A stretch of 64,000 nt of DNA from Trichoplax adhaerens (lineage: Eukaryota > Animalia > Placozoa): positions 5,365,767 through 5,429,766 of the forward strand of contig NW_002060949.1 of assembly GCF_000150275.1 (NCBI RefSeq), written 5' to 3'. This document shows, piece by piece, positions 24,610-39,600 of this stretch. Each line of letters starts with the position of its first letter. Positions within the stretch are counted from its first letter, which is position 1. Both the position numbers and the translations under genes were made by a program. The notes below the pieces were generated by a model. It had not been told where the DNA came from. It saw only the letters and a program-made list of their open reading frames with translations, and searched no databases.

Positions 24610-27600
24610 CTAGTAATAGCTATCGTTTAAATTAGATTGCGATTTATTATAGAGGGGCGTATGACATAACGGGCAATTTTGTAAGCGAATAATTTCCTGC
24701 TCAAAAGCCTTATGCTTACAAACGTTACACATCCAGAAATGATAACTCATTACTGGCCGACCTGTGACAATGCAAATTGGAAAATTGTTCTCACAGTTCG
24801 GACAAACTGGTAAGTAATCTGGGATAAGAGTCTCGCAATGGGAACATTCCGCCTTATTATTTCGGATATCTTTGGGTGGATGCCTGAAATAAGCAATTAC
24901 AATCGGCGGATGAATATAAATTAGATCTTCGTAGAAATACTAACTTAGAGTACTTAATCTACGATATACAAGGGAGTAACGCAAGGGATAACCATTCTAG
25001 TCTTGACTAACCTGCTAAAGATATCTAATGCAAGATCTTCATAACTCTGCCTCTGACTATCAGTAAAACTTTCCATACTCTCTAACTTTATAAAGGCCTA
25101 TAATAAAATCAATGCAATCGTTATAGTATTTCTTTCTGATCATGGAACATAATGTATCAATTAATTACATTTTACTATAATGCTCGTGTAATAATGCTGT
25201 AGCAAACCTTGGATGCTATTCCGTAGCATTTATTAGAAATGCTAGCCAAGACCAAAAGCGAATAAACTCTCTCGGAGTCAATGAAGTCTTCAAAATCGCG
25301 TAAGTGTAAAGCCTAGAGGTAATCAATCTACTGTTACATAGCAAATATCTAATGATATGATAATGATTAAGTGGAAAAATCTTCAATAGCAAATTGAGGT
25401 CAAAACTTATCATTACCGTTTTCATTGCTGCATCAAATTGGCCATCATAGAGTTGTCTCTGAGCCAATAAATAGAAGTGGAATGCCTACGGAAATTATGA
25501 TAAAAATTTCATGACTTGGCCTATCCAAGCATCTATAGCTCATAGGTATGAGTGTTACTAATCTTCTCTGTAATTAAAATAAGATAGTAATGATATTCTA
25601 TTCCGGCTTTTATAATTATACAAATTATTGTAGGCCTTATTATCGTCTACATACAGTACTTTGACAAAATGTCCTTAAACATCTCTTGTTTTATAACAGG
25701 TCAATTTTAACTAATCATACATTACTATTAATAAGCAAGTTTCTGCGAAATAATCTTGTAAAAATCACTACAAATAGGTAACATCATTCCGTGAAATAAC
25801 CATTGATTTCATAATATTACCTCAGCTCCACGCCATGCATTGTCCATTGTCTTGGTATCTCCATCCATGCTATCTCCATCTACAAAAAGGCTGGTCAGAG
25901 TTGCAGTTGTCTACCAGATATTATAGCATGCAGTTAGATATACTATTAAAGAAGTAATAAAGTAATTGATAATTGGCAATCTAAAATTTACATTGTCTTG
26001 TCCAGATGTTCCTTGTACACGTTGTTTCATATAAGAAACATGATTCTCCACCTAAAGAATTTTAATTCAAGCAATTTCTAATTAAGAATTATTTGAAATA
26101 AACTTCAATGAATTATTATATTTCACTTGAAGTACCGTAATACATAGTATAGTCTTATAATATAAGGTAGATATCATACCATCAATGCGGCTAATACGTA
26201 TAATTTCTTAGTTCGCATTGGTTTATTGCCAACTGCAGCACTTTCTTTAGCCAACTGTCGAAATTAAATTAAGCAATGATAGTAAATTAATTTTTAGTGT
26301 TTATAATATTTGGCTGGAGTTATTTTAATTTAATATCATCACAAGAATTTTTCAGGTCAAATTTTTTCCCACAATATCGCATATGTATAGTACCTGGTAT
26401 AACAATTTAGCAGCTTGGACGTGGCGACTTGCTTTACGATATAATTCGATGGCATTTAATACTTTGCTCTTTTCAAGCAAGTGAGAAGCATACTTTGCTA
26501 ATAAATTATCAATTTCCTTCATATTATTGGCACGAGCTAAATTAACCGCTTGATCCCATTGATTTAAATTTACGCATGTATCAATTGCCATCTTTATTTT
26601 ACCACACTAAAATGGAGTTAACAAACACCACTTAATATGGATTTAATCAATTTTATTTATTAAAAATACAATATATACCTTCATGTAAGATCGAACAGCT
26701 GGTTCACACATCCCAACGGTGAAAAACATATTCCCTATTTCCTGTAAGGAATAGACAATTCTTAATTATAACAAACAACATTATAGATAGATTGAATAAA
26801 ATACATTAATGAAAATTTAATGCCATTAACTTGTAATACTAATAGAAGAGTATCCTAGAATTACTTACAGCTAGTAGAGGATGATTTTCAGGTACAGAAT
26901 TCATTAAATTATCTAAACCTTCAAAATCTTCTAACATGTAGTAACATTCCGCTAAACGATTCTGATTATGTCCCACTACATATTGTCGAATTGCATCGCG
27001 CCTGATATCAATTAAGCCCAACACCAATGAAAGAACATAACAATTTTAGATTAAAAGACCAATCGAATAAATATAGCTGATAATTGAATGAATGCTATGT
27101 TATGAGTATATTTATATTTGAATTCTAGTGAAATTTTTTCAACAAAGTAGTACAAATATTATCATTGTTAATTTCATTATATAGTACAAGGTTTAACGAT
27201 CTGTTACAAGTATAAGGCATCATATACGAGTATATCATAAAAATTTATCTACAAGCAAGGTAATATGAAACTAATATCATTTGCATTTATACTTATCGAA
27301 AAAATATTTATGATAAAAATCTTTACAAGTGCTTAGAAGATCTATTCTAAACCTTATTTATAGTACTAACCAACGATGCCGATCTGCATAGTAATCGCCG
27401 ATTGCGTTATGTGATTGCCTCACCAAATTATCATCACCTCCACCCCCTTCGGTTTTAAGTAATTGAGATACACGGAACCAGTCACCAAGTTTAACACGCA
27501 TATCGATAGCAAGGTCTCTGTATTAAAGCAATTATATGATAAAATCTTCAATAAATTCACAAAACTGTAAGAAATCTATTAGGTATCAGTATTTAAAAAA

Positions 27601-30600
27601 TCAAAGAAAGACTATAATTACTTATTTGATGCTAGATAATTAAAAGTTAATTTAGTGCATTAGACGATACCTTCTATCCATATCAAAATAGTAACTTTCT
27701 GCTTCATCAAATCTTTTAAAGTAAGCAGAAATTTCGGCTAACTTCTTTTTTTCACTCTAAAATATGGGAAAATACTAGGTCATATTTCGTTTTTAAGTAA
27801 TGGCGCTTCATGATTATGACAGATTAGCCTATCATTATCCAGAGATAGGACATATACGCGTATGCTACTACAGGAACCACTATGGAAATAAAATTAAAGA
27901 TTTATCTTTCAGCTAACAACTTACGTCCAATTTATGCAAACTCTTCACAAACTGAATACCCTGATAATCCAAGTATCTTACAAATGCCTTTTCAGCAATT
28001 TTTAAATCCAAATTGCTAAGGGAATACTCTGCTAAGAGTCTCCATAATCGAGGATGAGGATTTTCTTCAATAAATTGATAGGAATCGCCTATACCAACTT
28101 CACTTTGTGCAAGAAGCTCTCGAGTATCACGTAAAGACTAAAACAAATACAATTTAGTATATTAGCTGCACTGTAGATGAAATAGGGCAAAATCCACTAA
28201 TTTGTATAATTGTACTGTAACTAGCACAACATATAATTTTATATGATGATAACGTGCTATTTTGATATAGAATGCAAAAAACTTGTATACTTCAAATTTA
28301 TTAGGATTTTGCCGCATTTTACGCAGTATTAACTTACTCGTGTTTCAATATCCAAAATTAAGTTATTAGTCGGATTGTCAGGATCCTAAATATAAATTAT
28401 GCAAATTATCCACTTTAATTATCATAGTTGTAAATTTGCGCTATTTAAATAGTCTAAATAATTTCAATACAATCTTTTGACCATGAGAAATCCATACCTT
28501 AAATACTTCATCAAGTAAAACGGATCGAACTTCCAAATCGTTGAATTTACAAATGTAACCAGAACTTGTAATCGGTTCCTTTATTTGTAATAAAAGTGTA
28601 AGCTTATCACAAAACATCGATAAAATATTTTTGTAAAATTGAATTTTAACTTATTTATATTAGGTTAGATTATGTCGAAAATTCTAGGTCTTGCAATTAA
28701 AAATCTATTGATAAATATAACTATTTCCCCGGAAGTACGTTACTCGCAGCTAGTAATGATATTAAAGAGCTATAATCACTATTGTTTTGGTAACAATACC
28801 TCTGGATCCATATTGCGAAAAATATACATTCTTGTCTTCTCTGTCATAGCGAATAGGTCAGGTCGATCCTATTAGTTAAGAATATTATTTAGAATCCTGC
28901 GAAATAAATAAGGCATGAAAAAGTATACAAGCAATATTCTTTATCGATAGAATCTCTTATGAAAATTAATATTTTGCCTACTTCGGCCCATTTCATATCC
29001 CAAACATCTTTCCTTTCAAAGGAGAGTTGTTCTCCTTTTTCGCCATCAGATGATACAATATCCTAAGCGTAACCATTTAAATAAAATGTAAATATTTAGG
29101 TAATTTTTAAGATTGCTTTCATTCCGCTTGAAATTCCATTTATAACAACTTACCAAATCAAAGAATGATAAGATACCAGAAATATCAATAAATGCTAATC
29201 GCGTTGAGTTACAGTTCAACGATAGTCTATATGGTCGACATTTTAACATATTTTTCATTTCTAGTGCAAGATGTGGTAGTGAATAGCGATGAATTGTGCC
29301 AGACTCGCGTCCCTAAAATATTTAATTAATGAGTGAGATAATTATAGTCTCTAGTTTTATTTAAAACATTCCCAAAAGGATAGAAGTTAGAGTCAGTTAG
29401 TATCTTAGTCCTATAAGACAAAGGATATGCAATTTGCTATAGCTTGCTTACCACAATCAACAATTCACTAGAAGCGCATATACAGCAAATAGGATCTTTA
29501 GTTTTCTGTAATGACCAAAATGTAAATCGATTATGATCCTACCTCCCTCAATTTATTTAAAATTTATACCCATATAAATTTCTATCAAATTGAAATTAGC
29601 GTAAATATAGCTATAATTGCAAATACAGATAGCATCAAGTACTGCTATTTATTTGTTATACTACCTCACGAGCTCTCTTGCTATCCGACTGCCGCTCTCC
29701 AGTACCAGATGGAACATCGTCGATGTGATAGAGTCTTCGGTACACATGATATAATGGTAATACGACATAATTTAGAAAAATCGTAGAGGGTAATGCATAT
29801 TAACTTCTTAATTCAATTGCTAGGAACATATTCTTCATAACAGTAGTTAAGTAAGAGTAGGTTTGGTTTGTCATTTTACCTTTCTCTATTATCTTTTCGC
29901 TTATTACTTGTACCAGCTAAATCAAGCGACGTTAACTTTTTAGGCGTTTTAAATTGCCAGGAGTAAAAAGCTTCTTTTGATGCAACAATGATATGAGTAT
30001 CTGTTATAGCTGCGTATTCGGGCTCTGTAGAGCGTAGGACAATCGCAAGGTGAGACAATTTTTTGACCATTAATGCAAACTTTCAGGTATCTAAGTATGC
30101 CTATGTTCGGTTGTATTGTGACTAATTATATATATAAAAAGGCTCTAGCAGGAACTCTTAAGACAATTTTGTCTTAGGGGTCCCTGGCTATAGACCGGTA
30201 TTACGACGTGACTTGTAAAAAGCTTGGAGTGACCGAACATGTAACAGTGACTGATAGTTTGTATTAGAAACTTGAAAGAAATACAAATTATTCTATACTG
30301 CGATAAAAAGTAATAAAAATATCAAGAGCCAATTGCTCAAGGTTGTACTGATCTATCTGCATGGAATTTGAGCCACATTTAAAGTATATTTCTTCACAAT
30401 TTAAAGAATAATTTAAGGCAACACTATAGCTGAACATCTGTCAACCATTTTAGAGGACTCGCCACGCCCTGTAATAGTGGTCTATACTACAAGGTCATAT
30501 AGCTGATCAGAAGAATTTTCTCGGTAGTTAAGTTTTGTCATTAAAATAATTGCATTAGTACTGCTGTATTAATTGAATAGTAAGGTAATATACGTATACC

Positions 30601-33600
30601 GTAATAAACGTAGTAGCAAAGTCAATATACAATTAAAAAAGCTCATAACAGATTGGCATAAAATTAATATAATCTTAAATTATCTGGTTGGAACATTGCA
30701 TAAAAATTAATTCTCTGATATTTTTTTTACGTATGCTAAAGCATAAACTGCTATTTTATCTGTGTTTACAGTTAAACTTACTAATATCGATGTATTTAGT
30801 TTCTAGCGGCGTGCCAATAGCATTACTTAAAATTAAAACGTACTAAATCAAGTACAAAATGTCATAGTATTATTGAAAGATGAATTTTAGTAGAAATTAC
30901 ATAAAAATGAATTAAAAGATACCTGACCACTACCATCAGGTGCTTTAGTGCTTATTAGACAGTAATCACCATATGCAGTTATACCCAAGAGATTTTTTAT
31001 ATATTTGACAATGCACTATTGAAAATCAAATGGAATGTGAAGATTAGAAATTGCGAAAACATCAATTTGAGGATACAAAAATAATTCTTATAATATTGAA
31101 TATACATGATCGTATTAGAGAATTACCGTACCTATCTTGATGATTTAGATAGAAATGACTTACCTCCTTATTTTTAGTTTCCCAGAAAACAACACTAGAA
31201 TCTTGTCGATCGGGTTTATTGAAGGCATATACTACCGTATTACCACAATAACCCCACTGGAAATATAATACAAGAAATATGTAATAAATATTTATACACT
31301 TAATATTAATCAAATAGCTTAATAGACAGTGTATTAGCAAATGAACCTTATAATCAGGCCGAATGTTAGCGAAATAAATATAGCTGTCAATAGCTAATGA
31401 CAGTCTTAAGCCATCACCATCCCAAGATAAATCGGCTAATTTCTTCCCTGGTATTCGTAATGTTCTCAAGTGCTATATTCAAATTAAATATTTATCCATT
31501 TAAAACACTTTTTCATCCAATTAATACGTATTAATTGAAATAAATTATATAAATTATTACATCTCCAAATGGGGTATAAAATAGTACAACATTTGTTTCC
31601 TTTTCCTGCATTAATATAAGAAAATAGTCAAAGTTAGCCATCTAAAAGACATTATTGGTATAAATAGAGCCAGGGAAGAACTTTTAGTCTAATAAACGAA
31701 AGTTTATATTTCTATAAGGTACCTGATTTTGTTGCAAACCACCTACAGCAAGAACAGAGCCAGTATGATTCCACTGAACAGTGGAGATAGACAAGCCAGT
31801 ATCAATGATAATCGGATCTTAGTTTAAAAATTTAAACGCATTGTTTTTATTGATTCCTGGTAATTAGGTTAAAAATTTTATATAGTCTTTAAATTTTTGT
31901 ATATACTTTCATCCGTTTCCGATTTCATTAGCTGCATCTTTCCATTATCATAACATGCAACAAGAGAATGACATTCTTGCTCTATATATCCTTCGGAACC
32001 ATTATACCTAATTTTCCATATTAATTTTCGATAAATAGTATTTATCCAACAGTAAGATCATTGAAAATTTCACCAAAAATATTTTGATGTTGTAACTTAT
32101 TACCAATTAAGACCAGCTATAACGCAAGAAGTATCCGAGCAGCAGTAATTAACTAGTTTAGACTAAGCAAGGAAAAAGTATATGTGTTAACATACTAAGC
32201 ATATATAGTGGAAAGATCCTTAATTAAGATATTATATGGAATGTATCATACTGTAAAATTTCCATTGTTGTCATAAATATGGATCTCTCCATTAACTAAG
32301 CCAAATAAAATGCTTTTTCCATCAGGTGACCACTAAAAAATCCAAGATTTATTCGGTTATAAACTGTAGACAAATTTGTAACGAATATAAAATCTTACGC
32401 TAATATATGATTATGAAAAGATATAAAGATTCTATATCATAAGACTAAAATGAATTTTCTATAACTATGAACACTTTACTTCGCACCTCAACCCATGAAA
32501 GCTGGATTTTTAGCTCTTTTCCCCAAATTCTGTTACCGTCAACTGAACCTACAATGACAGCACCTGTAAAATAATAAATATGTGAGATAACTATGTAATC
32601 ATTGTTATATTTTAATTCTGTAATTCTCAATTAGAGACAAGTTAAAACTTAATCTTACCATCTTCGTATATAATACAGATTTTCCCTCCATCGAAATTCC
32701 ACTTCATGTCTTTAACAACACTTTTATTGCGATTGTTAACCATTTCTTCATACCACTGGCCTGTAGATAGTTATTGAGTTATAATTTGTATAAATTTGTC
32801 TTAGCATGATAAAAAAATTATGTAAATGAAAGAAACTGTAATCTTGTGATTTCCAAGAATAATATGGATTTTAGATGTAATACTGAAATATAAAGTTATC
32901 GCTTCAACCTTTGTATAGTGTCCAAACAATAATTAACCCAAATTGATCGCTACTTGTCAGCTTCATATGTTCCATATTCCATACTACTACTTCTACTGAA
33001 CCTGAGAAGCGAAAAATTTACGTGAAGAATGTTTCACTTTTCAAGATACATATGTATACTGTATTAGTACTAGACAACATATCCAATTATAATAGTACTC
33101 TGTATTAGCTTTATTAACCTCCATGGCCTTCAAGTGTTTGATTCATGGACAAATTACTTGGTGCAGCTAATCCCTTAACTTTGTTATCTATTACGATAGA
33201 ATTAAAAATTATGTACGAAATAACTTTCGACTTACGGTATAATACGAATAAGAGAATGGTAAGAAGCAAAACAGAATGAACTCTTAATAAAATGTTGTAC
33301 GTTTGATCATTACCGGACTGTATATCCAATTTAAGGACCTTGAGTAATCCATCTTCGCCTCCACACGCAATGTATCCTTGTTCATGATTCCAGGATAAGC
33401 ATCGCAGATTTGTGTTGTTTGGAATGGCAATCTGCAATTAAATAGCATGAATATAAGCCAGTTCCTTAAGTAGCGCTTCAACTAGCGATTAATCGTGATA
33501 TACTCTTAAATGTAAAATTAAGAGATCATATCTAACATAAACATAAGATTATCCATAACTCTATACATCTTCGCTCTATTTTTTCTCTAAAACAACTTAT

Positions 33601-33640
33601 ATAAGTTTACACTTACTTTTTTGCTTAAATAGATAAACAT
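24610..33640 (-). CDS. WDR35: WD repeat protein 35 / IFT121 (IFT-A subunit), many short exons
   Basis: Starts MFIYLSKK|[15 protein letters not shown]; contains [27 protein letters not shown] and [12 protein letters not shown]; ends with the zinc-ribbon CIVTGRP...CPLCH; stop TAG at 24610-24612. Confidence 0.96.
30191..30484 (+). mobile_element. MITE-like non-autonomous element in a WDR35 intron
   Basis: Imperfect TIRs TAGACCGGTATTACGACGTGAC and GCCACGCCCTGTAATAGTGGTCTA, flanked by TA on both sides; homologous to an inverted copy at 61829-62194. Confidence 0.8.
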
Positions 33641-33914
33641 CTTATTGCCAATAGGGGATTCTCATAAGATTCAATAAAACGTTTAATAATTTTAAGAATA
33701 TTTTAAAATACACTAGCACTCAGCCTATTTGATTGATCGATTGTATCTCTTGTAATTAATTTGCTATATAGTAAAATCGTTCAATGCTTCGGGTTTTGAT
33801 GCAAGTACTCGAGCATATACTATACGTTATAGTGCGTTAATGAAATCTTCGATGAAATCCTTTTTAATACTATAGAATATGTTGAAGGCGGACGATGGTT
33901 TTAGTTCATGTTCG

Positions 33915-33928
33915 GTTTCCATATCAAC
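33915..33928. promoter_or_regulatory. Candidate RFX X-box upstream of WDR35
   Basis: GTTTCCATATCAAC is one mismatch from GTTTCCATAGCAAC and lies 275 bp upstream of a ciliary IFT gene. Confidence 0.55.
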
Positions 33929-34316
33929 CGGTAATGATAATGGTGCGCATGCTTAACATTTCAGATATATTAGTCTACCAATAGGTCTAGAGCTAGGAGG
34001 CAGAGAAATACTAGTATTCGCAGGTATTGTATTATACACTAGATAGCAAGTTGCGCACTAGTAGCGTACGGTACCTTACCAGCCAACCATTCAACCTGAG
34101 CTGCTATCTGCAAAGTCTTGCAACCTGCAGGATAATCTTGGTATCATTTCTTCCGTTTTTGTTCATATCTAAGTACAGTAGATGGATTAATATTATCCAA
34201 AACATTTAAAGCAGTGAGAAATATTTAATTGCTATACAAGGTGCATACCTACATATGCTGTATATACTTGCTGTAATCATTGACAGCTTATTAGGGCATA
34301 ATTTCTCTGCTAAAGC

Positions 34317-36220
34317 ATGGCCTACGTTCAGCTTGCAGCATTGGATACCTGCATAACCTCATCTGAAGATAATGCATGTGACTGGATGACTAATAAGATT
34401 GGAGGAAGACCGGTATTGATTTGATTTTATATCTATCTTATTTTATATATGAATTTTATCTACATGAAATGTTGAGATCAATGTCGAGTTAAATACTGAT
34501 ATCATACAGTTTCTATCTTCGCAATGCATTCATAAAATAAGTTGTCGTAATGATTAGTACTTCTGTATAGAACTAGATGGAGTTCTGAAACGAATGTCTT
34601 AAAGAATTTATTATATTATCTTTATTAAGTATAGAATAGCAAGTATCATTAATTTTAGCCCCTTCAAGGGGGTACAGCTGCGAATAGACTCTTTCAATCA
34701 TAATGATAGTTGTGCATTTGCATTTTTTACGAGTATATGCATTCTCTATAAAATTTTCTATGATCTGAAGAGAATACCAAGGATAATAATTATCTAATTG
34801 AAATTATCGTATTTTTTTATACGCACAAATTTTTTTAACTTTCGATATATAGAACTGGATGCATAATTCAAATCATCCTTCTTGCAAGTTGTGCAATAAA
34901 ACGCAAATGCTTATGGTTCAAATTTATTGCCCTCTTACTGGTTCCTCATATCACAGGACGTTATATCTATTTTCTTGTATTAATAAGGATTGCTGGAATA
35001 AATCAGACAGGCAAATATTGCAATGTACACTAATGTCATACGTTATGATAAGAATATTCACCAATTTTTCTAATGTTAATTACGTAAATCATATGAATTA
35101 TTATAGTTGGTCTATAATAAGATCACAAGTAGTGGAGATCAAACAAGATGTAGCAAAGACGAAAATCGAAAATTCCAGCAATATTTGGAGTTGTTCTGGT
35201 GATGATGATTGGAATGACGGGTAAAAGCTTAAGATGAGTGTACAAATAAACGTATAATACAGACACAATATGCCTTCAGTATGATTTAACTTTTTGAAAT
35301 TAAATTTCTAAACAGAAATGAAGGAGAACGTGAAAAAAATAATCTAGACATAGAAGCTGTGTTACGAGAAGATAATAAAGTAGATATGGAGACTGTTATA
35401 GAATCAGCAAATCAAGTATCTATTCATCATCAAAGAAATACGATAGCTGATGTTCCATTCATAACTCCGGTCATTCTTGTGGTATTTGATGAACCGAATA
35501 TTAGCCAAAAATCTTTCAAATATGAGCAAAAGTTACTACAGGCTTATGAACAGCAGCATGGTTAGTTTATCACCAAATGTACCATATCTTCTTCACGGAC
35601 GGATTTTCATAAACTCTAACCATTTTCTGTTGTTATTCTATTGTACATTGCTCGCTTTTTAGTAATTGGGATGCCCAGATATGTCATACTTCTCATTTCA
35701 TGTTATTAGGAGCCGTAACTGAACAAATTACTGATGATGAAGTTAAGATGGAGTTGTATGAGAAAACGTCCGCTAAACATGGCAATCGAACTTTTGAAAA
35801 ATTTATGAAGAGACTACAACGATATCCTAAGCAAGTTCTGAGGTAACAAATTAAGAAGTAAGCTGCTAACCGTAAAAGAATGAGTGTGCAGTATCGCGTT
35901 TAAATTTTAGATATATCTATTCGCTTTTATTATTTAGATACAATCGTGGTGGATCTCCCTTATTGATGACAGCAACCGAAACAGATATTATTGCTGTACC
36001 TGATTGTCCAAGGTGTAGCTCTAAGAGAGTATTTGAATTTCAGCTGATGCCAACTCTTATATATGAACTGAAAGAAATTAGTCCCTCATCATCCGTACCG
36101 GAGTTCGGTACTGTATTTGTCTATACATGTGACAACAGCTGTTGGAACGATGATAACCAACCTTACGAGGAATTTGTTTACCTGCAATCTGATCCACAGG
36201 AGAAAAATTTACCTTATTAA
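34317..36220 (+). CDS. PDCD2L: Programmed cell death 2-like protein (uS5 chaperone family, no MYND finger)
   Basis: NKIGGRP|NW...C..C...QIYCPL...YHRTLYLFSC; C-terminal domain PKQVLRYNRGG...CPRCSSKRVFEFQLMP...EFGTVFVYTC..SCW. Confidence 0.9.
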
Positions 36221-36605
36221 ATCTACATTGTCGCCATTTTTATGATAAAACAAAACCGATTTTATTATATCGTTTACTTAAACTAATGTGAACTATTAAT
36301 TACATATTTATAAATGCTCTTCCTCCTGGCTAAATAATGCAGGAATCAAAATTTGTAATATATAGGAGTTTGTAAAACCTCTCATAATTACTTAATAAAA
36401 TTAAAATTTATTCAATATTACAGTTTGCCCAAAATTTAATTTATAAATTATGGAACGTAATATGCACGTTGATATTAGATTTGATCAGGATTTACTTTTT
36501 TCTATAATAAAAGTATTTAATACGGACAACTGAATGCAGTTATTCATTTAAATACAGTTTCTTTAACTCAATCTTATGTATGGAGACATTCCGATTACGA
36601 AATAA

Positions 36606-39600
36606 TTATTTCCTATTCGAGGATTTCCCTCGTTTGGAAGTATTCTTTGTTGAGCTTTGTTGTTTTGCCTTAGAAGCAGCTTTCTTTGATTTAATCATAG
36701 GATCAGATTCAATTTTAGTTTCTTCCTCTGTATTCTCGGTTTCTGCACTTTCTTCAGTTTCTTCATCTACTCCTTCATCGCTTACACGCTTAACTTTGCT
36801 CTGACTAGCGTAAGGCATTAGATGAGGCATTTTATTATATGCTCTGGAGAATGCAGATTTAACCTATTGTAAATAAAAAAGATAGCTATTGAATCCTGGG
36901 AAAGCTTGCGATTAGCTTTCAGATCGATTAAGACCGATAAAATTTGTAACAAAATATTTACAGAATGTACTTAATGATACGAAGCATACCTTGCTACTTA
37001 ATTTCGTAGTAGGATCCAGCCGGCCCGGATATAGCCCTATATCCATAATGTTGGACCAATCATCTCGAGTTAGAAAGTAAGCGTCCATGACGTCGATGAC
37101 GTCGGTTACTCCTTCACTTTCCTATAATAAAACGTTCAATTTTTAAAGTTAAAATGGGTGAAGATCTAAAGGGGAGTAATAAATAATCTAACCCTTTCAG
37201 TTAAAGGCCCAGATAGCAAGTAGCGTAATTGGGGGACATATTCCATACCCAGTTGAATATGATTAGCTGAACTCCTACGTGCCAAAAAATTCATCGTGTA
37301 AGAATTGTTTAGTCAAAAATTTATATTAATGAAGTAGTAGCGACGTTGTTTTCGAAAACTGTACCTTATCCTCATATGAAGTGCCAATTCCTGTAAAATT
37401 CGATCATACTTCCCTTGTCTAGAATTCTTGCCAAGCCACGATGGAAAGTCTATCCGACTGCCAAAATAACCTTGCATTGCTGCACCAGGTATAACACTTC
37501 CGAATGCTGCTAGTGTTGGTAATAGTCCCCATCGATTGGTTGAGTACAGTATTTTATTTACAAGATCTCCACAGGAAATTGAGTCAGCAGCTTCACTTAG
37601 TTGATCCAACGTTTTTTGTAGATCACCGCTAATATAACATCAACACATTATCAATACGTAAATCAAAATATGATGGATTAACGAAAACTAAGACGTTAAC
37701 TTTCCGTTAATAATCACGCTATGTACTTACTTGGATTTAACAGGGACGACGCGTGGATAATTCTCTTGTACAAATAAAGGCATTAAGGAATAATCGGTAA
37801 AAAAAAGCTCAGCTTTATCGTTATAGGTCATTTTGGATGCTTCAGAGCTTGAATCAAATACTTTACGAATAGCTTCAAATGGACCCTGGATAGTGGAAAA
37901 GGGGTTTTTTCATATAATTGTACGTCATTACGGAGGATGAAAATGTATATTTCTATACGGTATCTTACCAGTTTGATATTCTTCGTTTGTATTACTGCTT
38001 TGCTACTTTTACCCGAGGAATTAGCACACCACATATTAAGATTATGAATACTTTGACGAATATCTTGATTTGTTGCTGTCACAATTTGTTGAGCAATTTG
38101 TGGGGTGATTTTTACTCCTTCTTTAAATGCTATAGACATTAATGTACTACATATTTGTTCACTTCTAGGACGTTGAAATCTAAGGTCGAAGCAGTAGTTG
38201 GCTAGAGATCGAATCTTTGGATGATTTCTATCATTACACATGCAGATAATGGGTATCTTCGTCTTTTTGATGATTGATATTAATTCTTGCATTCCGCCTC
38301 TATCATCATTTCCGGACATTCCGTCAACTTCATCCATAACTAAAGCTAACCTTTTGCTTTTGTTGTTATTCATTGCAGTGAAACCAGCGATAGATTTATT
38401 ATTAAAAATTTCAGAGATTACAGCTTCTAGACCTTTTTTCCCTCTCGCATCGCTCGCATTTAGCTCTACAACGTCGTAATTGCATTCACGGCAAACTAAT
38501 AGAGCACTAGTGGTTTTTCCTATGCCAGGGGGACCGGATAGTAAGGCAGCTTTGAACGTAAATCCCATCTCACGACTTAAAACGTGCTTATGTGTTGCTG
38601 TACTATTATTTTCGTGCCATTTCTTCAACCATAACAGAAGTTTATTAACGCAACTTTTTGCACCTTGTTGGCCAACAATCGCTTTTATACTTGAAGGTTT
38701 ATATTTATCAACCCACATCTCGGTCACCGAGTTTGAAGACTTTTTAGATGCTGATTGTGTATTAAGATTTTCTGGCTTGATATTTGCTATCGAAGAAGAG
38801 CTGCTTTCAAAAGTATTCTCAGTCACATTTTTCTTCGTAGGTGTTATATTTGCAGTGGGCTTGCTATCTATGTTTTTGTCATCTCCGATACTAGTCTTCG
38901 GTGTGTTAACCTTTACAGGCGTCTTATTGACCGTTGTTTTCTTTTTGTCTGTTTTACTTGTTACTAATGGCTTGGCAGGCATAGTAGAAATGAGATCATA
39001 AAAACTATTTTCATCTAACTGTTTTGTACTAAAGTTTTTCGCTTTTTCCAATTTGGTTAATCCAGGGTCCCGTCCAACAACTAAGTAATTTGTTTTTTTA
39101 CTAATTGAGCCGGACACATTGACTTTACCACCAAGGCTTTGAATTAGTTCTATAGCGGTCTCTCTTTCAATGGTATCTAGAACACCAGTGATAACAAATA
39201 CCAATCCTGAGAGACAGTTTTCTTGACCCTAATATTAAATTTATGAATAAAAATTTAAAGTTAGCAGCACTTCTTTCCATTACTAAGTAATATAAAATGA
39301 ATTTTAAAGAAACGGTGAACAGACCTTTGGAATTTCTCTAGATCCAAGAGCCCGAGGTCCATCACGTGCAACAAAGTCACGATAAGCGGCTTTATTACCT
39401 AAATTTTTGGCACCAATGTTGGTTGCCTCAGGATCTGGTTTTTGACTAGTTTCGATTTTGGAACTGTTGGCATCTGGCTGATTTTTACGGGGTGTACTTT
39501 GTGATGTTTCTAGTGACAATTAGCATAGGATACTTTTATTGACATTTATTCCTATTAAGTTACACTAAACTATTTTAATATAGATTACCATTATTTAGTT

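Noticed and set aside
31257-33313. Stop-free 3n introns in WDR35 (31257-31346 and 33188-33313)
   Set aside because: Both have canonical GT-AG ends, and a few such introns are expected by chance among roughly 100 short introns.
37918-39001. Plus-strand ORFs up to 173 aa
   Set aside because: Antisense shadows of the large RFC1 exon with no recognisable motifs.
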